From assembly GCA_035519195.1 (NCBI GenBank), contig DATIWU010000062.1:757-64756 (forward strand): DNA of 64,000 nucleotides, given 5' to 3'. Under the pieces are notes generated by a model. That model searched no databases. It was not told the DNA's origin and saw only the letters and a program-made list of their open reading frames with translations. Each line of letters begins with the position of its first letter. Positions within the stretch are counted from its first letter, which is position 1. The DNA is from Gemmatimonadales bacterium. GTDB lineage: Bacteria; Gemmatimonadota; Gemmatimonadetes; Gemmatimonadales; GWC2-71-9. Both the position numbers and the translations under genes were made by a program. Positions 53,897 to 62,959 of the stretch are shown here, piece after piece.

Positions 53897-54775
53897 ATGA
53901 CTACGGCACTTCTCGTTCTCGTCCTCATCACCCTCCTCGCCGCCACGGTCAACGGGGCGCTGGGGTATGGGTTTTCCTCGATCACCGTTCCGGTGGCGCT
54001 GCTGTTTTATACGAACCGCGTGCTCAATCCCGCGCTCGTCTGGATCGAGGTCGTCCTGAATGCGTACGTGCTGTGGGTGAATCGCGCGAGCATCCCGAAT
54101 GTCTGGCGCCGGGTATTGCCCATGGTCGTCGGACTCGCCCCCGGGGTTGTGATCGGGACTTCGATTCTGCATCGCGTCCAGCCGAGCTGGCTCAAGCTCA
54201 TCACGTTCATCGTGCTGCTGCCCTTGATTCTGCTCCAGGCCGCGGGCTTTCGTCGTCCCATCCGGGCCGAGCGCCGCGCCGGCCTGGCCTTCGGCGGCGG
54301 ACTCGGCGTGCTCTATGCCGTGACGACGATCTCGGGACCACCACTCGCCGTCATGCTGTCGAACCAGGGACTCACGAAACGGGATTTCCGGGCCGGTCTG
54401 GGACTGGTACGGTTGGCGGAGTCCACATTCACCGCCATCGCGTACTACTTCGCGCACATGTTCACGAGAGAAAGCGCGGGGCTGCTGCCGTACATCCTGC
54501 CGAGTCTCGCGATCGGCATCCCGGCCGGGGTGCAGTTGATCAAGCGCGTGCGGCCGGAGACGTTCCGGCGTATCTGCATGAGCTTCGACGCGTGGGTGGT
54601 GGGATTCGGGATTTCGACGTTGTTGCAGCAGCTGCACATCATCGAGGGCGGAGCGGCGTTCTCGGTCCTCGCGGGCGTGGGCACGCTCGACCTGTGGCTC
54701 TTGTACCGTTTCTTCAGCAGGTTGCCCGAGATCCCCAGGGAATCGGAGCGCGAGCTCGCCCCGGTGACAAACTAG
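53897..54775 (+). CDS. TauE/SafE (TSUP) family anion permease
   Basis: Eight hydrophobic helices and the N-terminal motif VNGALGYGFSSITVP typical of the family. Starts 7 nt after the porin stop. Confidence 0.85.
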   Translation: MTTALLVLVLITLLAATVNGALGYGFSSITVPVALLFYTNRVLNPALVWIEVVLNAYVLWVNRASIPNVWRRVLPMVVGLAPGVVIGTSILHRVQPSWLKLITFIVLLPLILLQAAGFRRPIRAERRAGLAFGGGLGVLYAVTTISGPPLAVMLSNQGLTKRDFRAGLGLVRLAESTFTAIAYYFAHMFTRESAGLLPYILPSLAIGIPAGVQLIKRVRPETFRRICMSFDAWVVGFGISTLLQQLHIIEGGAAFSVLAGVGTLDLWLLYRFFSRLPEIPRESERELAPVTN

Positions 54776-55266
54776 AACCGGAGCACGACCGCCACTTCAT
54801 CGCAGCAGTTCTGGCGCGGGCAGCGGGCGCAGTCCGCCCACACCTTCAGCGGGAAGTGCTCCCGGTCTGAAGCTTCGAAGCCGAGATTCAGAAAGAATGC
54901 GGGCTTGCGGGTGAGTGCCAGGACCTCGCGAATTCCCGCACGCCGCGCTTCCTCGATCAGGGCAAGCGTGAGCGCCCGCCCGATGCCCTGCCCCTGATGG
55001 CTCGCGGACACCGCGAGGGCGCCCAGCTCCGCGAGCTCCCGCGAGTAGACCTTGAGCGAGGCACATCCGACGATCGCTCCCTCACGTTCCGCCACCACGT
55101 ATTCCTTGATGTGCCGGCAGAGGTCGTAGTTGCTGCGCGGCAGCAGATCCCCCGTGGCCACGTACGGAGCCATGAGCGACTCGAGCCCCGGCACGTCAGC
55201 CAGGTTCGCCGGCCGAACGGCGGGACTGACCGCCAGGACGCGTGCGTGCAGCGCGCGGGCTGTCAC
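54772..55266 (-). CDS. short single-domain GNAT, N-acetylglutamate synthase-like
   Basis: Acetyl-CoA motif HQGQGIGRAL and C-terminal KVWADCARCPRQNCCDEVA. GTGA overlap with the argD stop. The listed 346-aa ORF is an artefactual extension. Confidence 0.7.
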   Translation of the reverse strand: MTARALHARVLAVSPAVRPANLADVPGLESLMAPYVATGDLLPRSNYDLCRHIKEYVVAEREGAIVGCASLKVYSRELAELGALAVSASHQGQGIGRALTLALIEEARRAGIREVLALTRKPAFFLNLGFEASDREHFPLKVWADCARCPRQNCCDEVAVVLRF

Positions 55267-56432
55267 GCGAGCACGGACTCGAGGATGGCGGCGCCGCGCC
55301 CCAAATCGTCCTGCGTCGCCACGAGCGGCGGCAAGAGGCGCATCACGTTCGGACCGGCACCCACGACGAGCAGTCCCCGCTCCCGTGCGGCCGTGATGTA
55401 GGGCGCCGCGGGTTCGACCAGCTCGATGCCCCACATGTAACCGCGGCCGCGGACCGCGCGCACCCGTCTGGCGCGTGCCGCGAGCGCGTTCAGTCGCGCG
55501 CCGAACCACTCGCCGTTGCAGCGCACGGCATCGAGGAATTCTGGCTGCGCGATGGTTCGCAGCACATCGAGCGCGACACTCGCGATGAAGGGACCGCCGC
55601 CGAACGTCGTGGCGTGATCCCCGGGCGCGAGCACCGCGCCAATGGCTTCCTTGAACAGCACGGCGCCCATGGGCAGGCCACCCGCGAGCGGTTTGGCGAG
55701 CGTGAGGATGTCGGGCACGACGCCGGCCTGCTCGTAGGCGAACAGCGTGCCTGTTCGGCCGAGCCCGCACTGCACCTCGTCGAAGATCAGCGCCACGCGG
55801 TGCGCGTCGCACAGCTCGCGCAGCCGCTTCAGGAATCCGAAATCGATCGGCCGGATGCCTCCCTCGCCCTGCACCGGCTCGATGATGACCGCTCCCGTCG
55901 TCGGTGCGGTGACGGCGGCGTGCACGGCAGCCGCATCATCGAGCGGAACAATCTGGATTCCGGGGACGAGGGGCTCGAAGGGACGCCGGAAATCGGGCCG
56001 ATCGGTCGCGGCGAGCGAAGCGAACAGCCGGCCGTGAAACGCGCCGCTGAACGCAATGATGCCGGGCCGCCCTCCACCCGACCATTTCCGGGCGAACTTG
56101 AACGCGGCCTCGTTGGCTTCCGCGCCGGAATTGCAGAAGAAGACCTGATCCGCAAACGACAGCCGCACCAGCTCGGCGGCGAGCCGCTCGCCCGGCTCGG
56201 TCCGGTAAAGGTTCGACACGTGAATCAGGCCGGTCTCGAGGGCGCGCGCGATCGCGTCGCGCACCACCGGGTGGTTGTAGCCGAGCGCGTTGACGCCGAT
56301 CCCGGCGACGAAATCGAGATAGCGCTCCCCGTCCTGCCCGATGAGCTCGCATCCCTCGCCCCGCACGAAGACGGGGCCGACCCGCGCATAGACGTTCGCC
56401 AACACGGAGGCGGAAGCCTGCACGGCCGTCAC
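55263..56432 (-). CDS. argD: acetylornithine aminotransferase
   Basis: VFFCNSGAEANEAA, DEVQCGLGRTG, LAKPLAGGLP (PLP Lys). GTG 56432 overlaps the argB stop. Confidence 0.9.
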   Translation of the reverse strand: MTAVQASASVLANVYARVGPVFVRGEGCELIGQDGERYLDFVAGIGVNALGYNHPVVRDAIARALETGLIHVSNLYRTEPGERLAAELVRLSFADQVFFCNSGAEANEAAFKFARKWSGGGRPGIIAFSGAFHGRLFASLAATDRPDFRRPFEPLVPGIQIVPLDDAAAVHAAVTAPTTGAVIIEPVQGEGGIRPIDFGFLKRLRELCDAHRVALIFDEVQCGLGRTGTLFAYEQAGVVPDILTLAKPLAGGLPMGAVLFKEAIGAVLAPGDHATTFGGGPFIASVALDVLRTIAQPEFLDAVRCNGEWFGARLNALAARARRVRAVRGRGYMWGIELVEPAAPYITAARERGLLVVGAGPNVMRLLPPLVATQDDLGRGAAILESVLA

Positions 56433-57190
56433 GCGGGCTCCGTGGCCGCGTCCACGATCCGCGTTCCGGCGGCGGGGCCGTCCAGCATGTCGAGATTGCC
56501 GATGCGCACGCCGTGCGCACCGCCGCGCAGCGCGGCCGCCGCGGCTCTGAGCTTGGCGGCCATGCCGTCGCGCGCCACGCCGGCGCTGATGAGCGTCTCG
56601 AGCTCGGAAATCGCGAGCTCCCGCTGGGTCGCTCCGCCGACTGCCACACCCGGTACATCGGAGATGAACAGGACTTCGCGCGCCGCGAGCGCCGCTCCGA
56701 CCGCTGCGGCCGCCTCGTCGGCGTTCACATTGAACGGTATCCCGCCAGCGGGCACGGGAGCGATCGGCGCGATCACGGGAACGAGGCCGGCGCGCAGCAA
56801 TCCTTCGAGCAACCCGCCGCGCACGCTGAGAATCGTCCCCACGTGGCCGAGTCCGCCATCGGCGTGACGCGCGCTGAACAGCCCGCCGTCGACTCCCGTC
56901 AGACCAACGGCATCGAGACCCACGGCGCGCAGCGCGTCCACCACCTGCCGGTTGATCGGCCCGGCAAGCACCATCTCGACCACTGCCGCGATTTCGGGGG
57001 TCGTTACTCTCACCCCGTCTCTTTTTTCGACCGGCAGCCCGAGACGCTGGGAGACCGCATTGATGGCCTGGCCCCCGCCATGAACCACGACGAGCGGTGT
57101 CACTTGCTTGAGTCGGCGGGCACACTCCGCCAGCCACTCGGGACGGTCGAGCTCGTTTCCCCCGATTTTCACGACACAGGGTGCTAGCAT
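56429..57190 (-). CDS. argB: acetylglutamate kinase
   Basis: VVKIGGNE, VVVHGGG, and the NVNADEAAAAVGAAL motif. Confidence 0.9.
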   Translation of the reverse strand: MLAPCVVKIGGNELDRPEWLAECARRLKQVTPLVVVHGGGQAINAVSQRLGLPVEKRDGVRVTTPEIAAVVEMVLAGPINRQVVDALRAVGLDAVGLTGVDGGLFSARHADGGLGHVGTILSVRGGLLEGLLRAGLVPVIAPIAPVPAGGIPFNVNADEAAAAVGAALAAREVLFISDVPGVAVGGATQRELAISELETLISAGVARDGMAAKLRAAAAALRGGAHGVRIGNLDMLDGPAAGTRIVDAATEPA

Positions 57191-58143
57191 ACGAGCCCCG
57201 CGGTCTCCTCGATGCCCAGCATGACATTCATATTCTGGATCGCCTGCCCGGCGGCGCCCTTCACGAGATTGTCGATCGCCGCCACCACCGTGAGCCGCGG
57301 CCGCCGAACCTGCGCGACCGCCACGACGCCGATCGCCACCCGGTTGCGGTACACGACGTCACGCAGCGAAGGCAACCCACCCGGCATGAGCTGGATGCAG
57401 GCTTCGCCAGCGTACGCTTCGGCGTAGACCGAGAGCGCGGCCGCCTGGTCGAGCGGGCGGGCGAGCGGGACGTGGATCGTTTCCAGGATGCCGCGCCGTA
57501 CGGGAAGCAGGTGGGGCGTGAAGACCAGATCGCCCGCGAACCCTGTCTCGCGCTCCAGCGTCGCGCGCAGCTCGGGGATGTGCCGATGCGAGTTGCCCGC
57601 GGCGTAGGCGCGATAGTCCTCCGCCACTTCGCCGAACAGGTACTCGCGCTTCGGGCTCCGGCCGGCGCCGGTCACTCCGGATGCGGCGTCGATCACCACT
57701 TCACGCTCGGTGTCGATCAGCTGACGCCGCGCCAGCGGGATCAACGCCAGCAGTGCGGCAGTGGGATAACAGCCGGGGTTCGCCACCAGATCGGCCCCCA
57801 CCACCCTCGGGCGCGCGACCTCGGTGAGCCCGTACACGGCCTCCGGGCTGAGCCGGAAATCCGCGGACAGATCCACCGATCGGATTCCCTGGGCGCGCAC
57901 GTGCTGCACGTAACGGCCCGACACGCCGTGCGGGAGGCACGAGAACACCAGCTCCGCGCGGGTGAGCGGGGCCTCCTCCAGTTTGACGAGCCTGATGCCC
58001 TCGTGGACTTCCCCCGCCGCCGAATCGGCGGTGGCAAAGGCGACGGAGGCCTCGGGGTGGCCAACCAGGAGCCGAAGCAGCTCCTGGCCGACGTAGCCCG
58101 AGGCCCCGAGGACGCCGACGGGCACCCGTGTATTTTTATGCAT
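57184..58143 (-). CDS. argC: N-acetyl-gamma-glutamyl-phosphate reductase
   Basis: VGVLGASGYVGQELLRLL and the catalytic Cys context ANPGCYPTA. Confidence 0.9.
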   Translation of the reverse strand: MHKNTRVPVGVLGASGYVGQELLRLLVGHPEASVAFATADSAAGEVHEGIRLVKLEEAPLTRAELVFSCLPHGVSGRYVQHVRAQGIRSVDLSADFRLSPEAVYGLTEVARPRVVGADLVANPGCYPTAALLALIPLARRQLIDTEREVVIDAASGVTGAGRSPKREYLFGEVAEDYRAYAAGNSHRHIPELRATLERETGFAGDLVFTPHLLPVRRGILETIHVPLARPLDQAAALSVYAEAYAGEACIQLMPGGLPSLRDVVYRNRVAIGVVAVAQVRRPRLTVVAAIDNLVKGAAGQAIQNMNVMLGIEETAGLVC

Positions 58144-58191
58144 TACAGCGCAAAACTATACAGGAGCGAAGCGTTCTTCAAGGGCGCCACC

Positions 58192-59064
58192 TCACCGCGG
58201 TACGGGCCAGGAGAACGTGGTGACGATCGTATCCCGGTCGGAAAGAGGCAAGGTGCGAGCGACGTTGTTCACGCGGCCGCAGCGCACATGCGGCGGCTCC
58301 TCCACCGAGGGGTCGACGACCCGCAGGCACACGATATCCGCATCGCGCGCGAGCGTACTGTCCGCGGGATCGAGGGCGGGACCGGACGAGAGCAACGCGA
58401 TATCGAGCGTGGCTGCTTGATTTCGGCCGAGCACGAACGTGACCAGTTTCGACGGTCCATCAGTGACCATGTCGAGCAGCTTCGGCGCGCTGGAGCTGTC
58501 GCCGCGGAGCAGCGTCACGCGCACGGCGGCCCGGTGCGGGTGCACGACCGCCTCCATCCTGACGTGCACCGTGGAGTCGAACACGACCACCGATTCGAGG
58601 GGACGGGTATCGCCTGCCACGCGATCGCGCGTCACGGTGATAGCGAGCCACAGTGGCGGGCGGCGGCCCGGCCTCGCGGCGCCGAACGGATAGAGCAGGG
58701 CGGTGCCACCCAATGACAGACGCACGGAGCGGTGATAGTCGTCCACCTCCCAGAGCGGCAATCCGCGGGAGGAGCGTCCGGCCGCAAGACGACGATGAAA
58801 CCCGCCGCTGAGCTCGACGGTATCCCCCTGCCCCAGGACGGCAAGCAGCGCATCGAGGCGCGCCTCATCGGTCAGGAGCTCGAGCCGTAGCCGCGTTTCC
58901 TCCGGTCCGCTGATCCGGCCGTGCGCCACGACGACGGACTCTGCTCCTGCCCGTGGCGCGATCACCCGGACGTCGTACTTCACGCGTCCGGGCCCTTGCG
59001 CGGCCGCATGGGAGGCCGCGACCAGTAGCGCCGCCAGCGCGCTACTGTACCACGAAAACGGCAC
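58192..59064 (-). CDS. hypothetical secreted protein
   Basis: GTG 59064 gives VPFSWYSSALAALLVAASHAAAQ (signal-like). No recognisable domain. The listed start is 59130. Confidence 0.4.
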   Translation of the reverse strand: MPFSWYSSALAALLVAASHAAAQGPGRVKYDVRVIAPRAGAESVVVAHGRISGPEETRLRLELLTDEARLDALLAVLGQGDTVELSGGFHRRLAAGRSSRGLPLWEVDDYHRSVRLSLGGTALLYPFGAARPGRRPPLWLAITVTRDRVAGDTRPLESVVVFDSTVHVRMEAVVHPHRAAVRVTLLRGDSSSAPKLLDMVTDGPSKLVTFVLGRNQAATLDIALLSSGPALDPADSTLARDADIVCLRVVDPSVEEPPHVRCGRVNNVARTLPLSDRDTIVTTFSWPVPR

Positions 59065-59383
59065 GCGACGACTCGAGGGACCCGCGCACAGGAGTGCCCC
59101 AGCGGGCGTGCGCCAGCCAGCCCACGGCACCTGCCGCGACGATCGAGATCAGGAGCCACAGCGCCACGGAACGAGCTGCTGGACGCACGCGACCCGGCGC
59201 GCGGGAAGCGTCATGGCCGGTGGGGCGCGCCAGGGCCAGCCGGAGCTCGAGCTGGCTCACCCGGGCGCTCGCGCACGCGCCGCAGGCGGCCAGGTGGCGG
59301 GCGAGTCCCGCGGATTCCTGGAGGCTGAGCTCTCCATCGAGCTCTGCGTTGATCAGCCGGACCCAGTCTTCGTGCATGGTCAT
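59042..59383 (-). CDS. zf-HC2 anti-sigma-factor-like single-pass membrane protein (no adjacent sigma gene)
   Basis: HLAACGAC (H-x3-C-x2-C) and TM segment VALWLLISIVAAGAVGWL. Start overlaps the upstream GT2 stop. Confidence 0.6.
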   Translation of the reverse strand: MTMHEDWVRLINAELDGELSLQESAGLARHLAACGACASARVSQLELRLALARPTGHDASRAPGRVRPAARSVALWLLISIVAAGAVGWLAHARWGTPVRGSLESSRAVFVVQ

Positions 59384-60108
59384 CAGCGTAGCTCCTCTCG
59401 AACCTCATAGCGCAACGCGCGCCGCTGCATCCAGCGCACCGCGAGGGCGTCGATGAACGAGCGCAGCACTCGATTCCACATCCCGTACTTCGTTGCTCCG
59501 TACCGGCGCGGCCGATGGCGGACCGGGACCTCCGTTACCGTTCCGCCCCGGAGCTTGACCAGTGTCGGCAGGAAGCGGTGCATCCCGTCGAACCATGGAA
59601 GGTTCCGGACGGCCTCGGCACGGAATGCCTTGAGCGAGCACCCCGTGTCCCGAATCGACTCGCCATTGAGACGATTGCGAACCGCATTGGCGATGCGGCT
59701 CTGCACCAGCTTCCAGCGCGAATCGTGGCGGTTCGTCCGGTAGCCCGCGACCACGCTGGCTCCGCTCGATTCGAGCGCCGCCACGACCACCGGAATGTCG
59801 CTGGGGTCGTTCTGGAGGTCCGCGTCAAGCGTCACAATCACGCTGCCGGCCGCCGCCGCAAACCCCGCCGCAAACGCCGCGGTCTGCCCCGCATGGGCCC
59901 GCAGCGGGATCACGCGCAGCTCCCGACATGCTCCCTTGAGGCTCTTGAGCGTCTCGAGGGAACCATCCGTCGAGCCGTCGTCCACGGCCACGATCTCGAA
60001 GCGCCGCCGCTCGAGCGCGCGGGAAATTTCAGCGATCAAGAACGGCAGGCTTTCCCGTTCATTGTAGACCGGGATGACAACCGACAGCTCAGGCCCCGCC
60101 GAGGTCAT
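59383..60108 (-). CDS. family-2 glycosyltransferase (polyprenyl-phosphate sugar transferase type, DPM1/ArnC-like)
   Basis: LSVVIPVYNE, VAVDDGSTDGS, TLDADLQNDP. Confidence 0.85.
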   Translation of the reverse strand: MTSAGPELSVVIPVYNERESLPFLIAEISRALERRRFEIVAVDDGSTDGSLETLKSLKGACRELRVIPLRAHAGQTAAFAAGFAAAAGSVIVTLDADLQNDPSDIPVVVAALESSGASVVAGYRTNRHDSRWKLVQSRIANAVRNRLNGESIRDTGCSLKAFRAEAVRNLPWFDGMHRFLPTLVKLRGGTVTEVPVRHRPRRYGATKYGMWNRVLRSFIDALAVRWMQRRALRYEVREELR

Positions 60109-60589
60109 GCATGAGCTCTGGCGCCTCGGGATATTTCGCGCGCAGCTGCTGCAGGAGCGCCGCGGACTTTGCGGGATCGTGCTGGTGCGTGCGATAGATC
60201 TCCGCCAGCCGTATGGCGGCGAGGATCTCCCGATGGGGTACGGGTGGGGGATCCGCAATCAGGCGTTCGAGCATCACGGTTTCCTGATCGATATCGATTC
60301 TGAGGGGCGGGCCGCCATCCTCCATCCCCGCAATCTGCCCGCCCACGATACGGCCGAGCCCTGTTGCGACCCCGAAGACATCGCCCACGAGCCCCCAGAA
60401 CACCCAGAGGGTTCCGACGAACGCCAGGAGTCGCGCATCGACGTGACCCGAGTCCAGCAGCACGATGATGATCCCGACGGTCGCCAGGATCAGCGCGCCG
60501 GCGAAGATGCCGCGCGCAACCGCAAGCGGGCTGGGTGGATCGGTCGGGTCGTAGTCGATTGACACGCGCGGAACGTAGGGTTCGGCCAC
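60089..60589 (-). CDS. hypothetical membrane protein with a helical C-terminal domain
   Basis: Two TM segments (IFAGALILATVGIIIVLL, LLAFVGTLWVFWGLVG). 20-nt overlap with the GT2 gene. Confidence 0.4.
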   Translation of the reverse strand: MAEPYVPRVSIDYDPTDPPSPLAVARGIFAGALILATVGIIIVLLDSGHVDARLLAFVGTLWVFWGLVGDVFGVATGLGRIVGGQIAGMEDGGPPLRIDIDQETVMLERLIADPPPVPHREILAAIRLAEIYRTHQHDPAKSAALLQQLRAKYPEAPELMHDLGGA

Positions 60590-60665
60590 GGGCCGGGCAA
60601 GTTGACAGCCATCGACGGCCTAGAGAACGTAGCCGATCACTATTCCACGCGGACAATCGCTCGCG

Positions 60666-61820
60666 ATGCGTTGCTGGCCCGGTCGGAGGAGAGCCTGTTT
60701 GACGCTGCTGGGGCTGGCGGTGGGGGGCGGCGTTCCGGGCGCCGCGAACGCGCAACGCGTCTGGCACACCGCCGTGTATCCCACGTTCCGCTACAGCACG
60801 GTCGACGGCTTCTGGGGAGCCGCCAATGTCGCGGTGTCGACGCCCATCGGCTTCACGGAGCGGCGTGAAGCGTACGCTGCGCGATACGCCTTCAGCGCGG
60901 GATGGAGCACGAGCGGCAGCTACGCCTACGTCGCCGATGCCGCACTCCCGGCCTATTGGGAAGGGTGGCGGCTCCGCGTGACCGCCGCGGCCACGCGGGA
61001 CAATCGCCTGGGCTTCTATGGTATCGGCAACGAGACACCCTATGTGCCCGGGAAGGTGACGACCGTTGACCCGTTCTACTACCGCGTAAGCCGCTCACGC
61101 GGGTATGCGCGCCTCACACTCGGGCGGCAACTCATCGGCCCGTTGCGCGTGTTTGTGGGGGGCACGATCGAGCGCACCAGCTTCCGCTCCCTGCCCGGCG
61201 CGACCGTCTTTCGCACAAGCTTCGCCGGCGACACGACCCAATCCCCCGTCACCGACAAGGTGGTGCGGGGCGGCCTCGTGTTCGACACTAGAGACAATGA
61301 AGTCGACCCGCACACCGGGGTTTACCTGGAGGCGCTGTTCGCCAACGGGACGGGATACACCCGCACCGGAGGCGGCGCGCGGGGATTTATCTCCCCGCTG
61401 CCGCGACTGACTCTCGCGGGGAGGATAGCGGGTGAAGAAATGACGGGCGCGCCGCTCGTCGCGGAGCAGTTGCAGATGGAGTCGAGCGAGCAGTCGTTCG
61501 TCGCACTGGGGGGCTACTACTCGCTCCGCGGATTCTACGATGCGCGCTACATCGGGTCCGGCAAGCTGCTCGGCGGTGTCGAAGCGCGGTATGCCCTGGT
61601 CTGGTCACCCACCGTGGTCAAGCTGGTTCTGGGCGGATTTTACGACACCGGAAGGGTCTTCGGCCCGGGAGAGTCGTTCCAGCTCACCACGAACGGACTC
61701 CACCACACGGGCGGAGGGGAGCTCGCGCTGCGATTCCTGCGCAACTCGTTGCTCGTGATCGGCGTGGGGGCGGGGGACGAAGGCGCCGAGCTGCTGTTTG
61801 CCGGGAGCTGGAGTTACTAG
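60666..61820 (+). CDS. Omp85/BamA-like (bacterial surface antigen D15) outer-membrane barrel without POTRA repeats
   Basis: Signal RCWPGRRRACLTLLGLAVGG. VFDTRDNEVDPHTGVY and SLRGF motifs. C-terminal ...LLFAGSWSY. Confidence 0.6.
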   Translation: MRCWPGRRRACLTLLGLAVGGGVPGAANAQRVWHTAVYPTFRYSTVDGFWGAANVAVSTPIGFTERREAYAARYAFSAGWSTSGSYAYVADAALPAYWEGWRLRVTAAATRDNRLGFYGIGNETPYVPGKVTTVDPFYYRVSRSRGYARLTLGRQLIGPLRVFVGGTIERTSFRSLPGATVFRTSFAGDTTQSPVTDKVVRGGLVFDTRDNEVDPHTGVYLEALFANGTGYTRTGGGARGFISPLPRLTLAGRIAGEEMTGAPLVAEQLQMESSEQSFVALGGYYSLRGFYDARYIGSGKLLGGVEARYALVWSPTVVKLVLGGFYDTGRVFGPGESFQLTTNGLHHTGGGELALRFLRNSLLVIGVGAGDEGAELLFAGSWSY

Positions 61821-62959
61821 ATCTCGCGAATCTGAATGCGGCGCTTCGCCAGTTCCTGGACGTATTCGTCGAACGGCACGGCGGCGTCCGGCGTGCACAC
61901 GCCGGTGGTGCTGATGCGGCCGTCCGTCTGCATCAAGCCCGTGATCGCGAGCGAGTAGCCCGTCGTGCGGCGCATGGCGCTCACCCCGCGCGCCTCGTCG
62001 AAATAGTCGAGCAGCTGCCAGGCGACGCGCCCGCCATCGTGCCCGCGCACGTCGACGCGCAGCGCGACGAGATCGCGCCCCTCGGGTTTGGTGAGGCGCG
62101 GCGACACGCTGGCGATGAAGACGTCGCGCGGGACAATCTCCTTCCCCTTCACCCTGATGGCCGTCAGGTCGAGCAGCCCGAGATCGCGGATCGCCTGCAT
62201 GATCGTCGCGTGGCCGGGGTAGCGCAGCGTCTTGTACTCCATGGTTCGCACCCGCCCCTCATAGGTCCAGGGAAGCGTGGAGATTCCGCCGCCGGTATGA
62301 AATGCTTCGAGCACCCCCACGGGAGGCGGAAACGAGACCGCCTCGAGCTCCGACAGCGCGTCCACGCGAGCGGGCCGTGCCTCCCGCAGCACCCATGACG
62401 GGGTCGTGTAATAGTCGAGTGCCCCTTCGAGGGAGTACACGATCTGATAGTTCAAGGGCGGCTCGGGGTGCTGCGGCAAGCCCCCCACGAAGATCTTCAC
62501 GCTCTCGGCGCCACCCAGGCGCCGAATGCCCTCGGCCGCGAGGATGTTCACCATCCCGGGTGCGAGCCCGCAGTCGGGGATGACCGAGATGCCCTTCGCC
62601 TTCGCATCGGAATCGAGTTTGCGCTGCTGGAACACGATCTCGGTGTTGCCGCCCAGATCCGAAAAGGGAATGCCGAGGTCGATCGCGGCGTGCGTGACGT
62701 CGAGATTGTGGTAGTAGGGGAGCGCGCAGAGCACGGCGTCATGGCCCTGCATCACGGACGCAAGACTGGCGCGATCCTGCACGTCGACTTTCGCCAGCTC
62801 GAGTCGCTTGCCGCTGTGGGGCTTGAGCAGCGGCGGCAACCGGTCGGCTTTCAGGTCCGCCAGGGTCACCCGCTCGACCTGCTCCTGTTGCAGCAGGTCG
62901 AACGCGCATGCCGATCCCTGCAGGCCGGCGCCCAGCACGAGCATCCGCACGGGTTTCAT
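61817..62959 (-). CDS. saccharopine dehydrogenase-family NAD(P) oxidoreductase
   Basis: MLVLGAGLQGSACAFDL Rossmann fold. CGLAPGM motif typical of the Sacchrp_dh family. Confidence 0.8.
   Translation of the reverse strand: MKPVRMLVLGAGLQGSACAFDLLQQEQVERVTLADLKADRLPPLLKPHSGKRLELAKVDVQDRASLASVMQGHDAVLCALPYYHNLDVTHAAIDLGIPFSDLGGNTEIVFQQRKLDSDAKAKGISVIPDCGLAPGMVNILAAEGIRRLGGAESVKIFVGGLPQHPEPPLNYQIVYSLEGALDYYTTPSWVLREARPARVDALSELEAVSFPPPVGVLEAFHTGGGISTLPWTYEGRVRTMEYKTLRYPGHATIMQAIRDLGLLDLTAIRVKGKEIVPRDVFIASVSPRLTKPEGRDLVALRVDVRGHDGGRVAWQLLDYFDEARGVSAMRRTTGYSLAITGLMQTDGRISTTGVCTPDAAVPFDEYVQELAKRRIQIREI

Noticed and set aside
54772-55812. 346-aa ORF for the GNAT gene
   Set aside because: Only the last 164 residues show GNAT features. 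The upstream part overlaps argD out of frame. GTG 55266 overlaps the argD stop, consistent with the coupling style seen elsewhere.
55263-57227. Single 654-aa ORF covering argD plus an N-terminal extension
   Set aside because: The first 265 codons run through argB in another frame and are Arg-rich nonsense. ArgD motifs begin right after GTG 56432, which overlaps the argB stop, so the gene was trimmed to 55263-56432.
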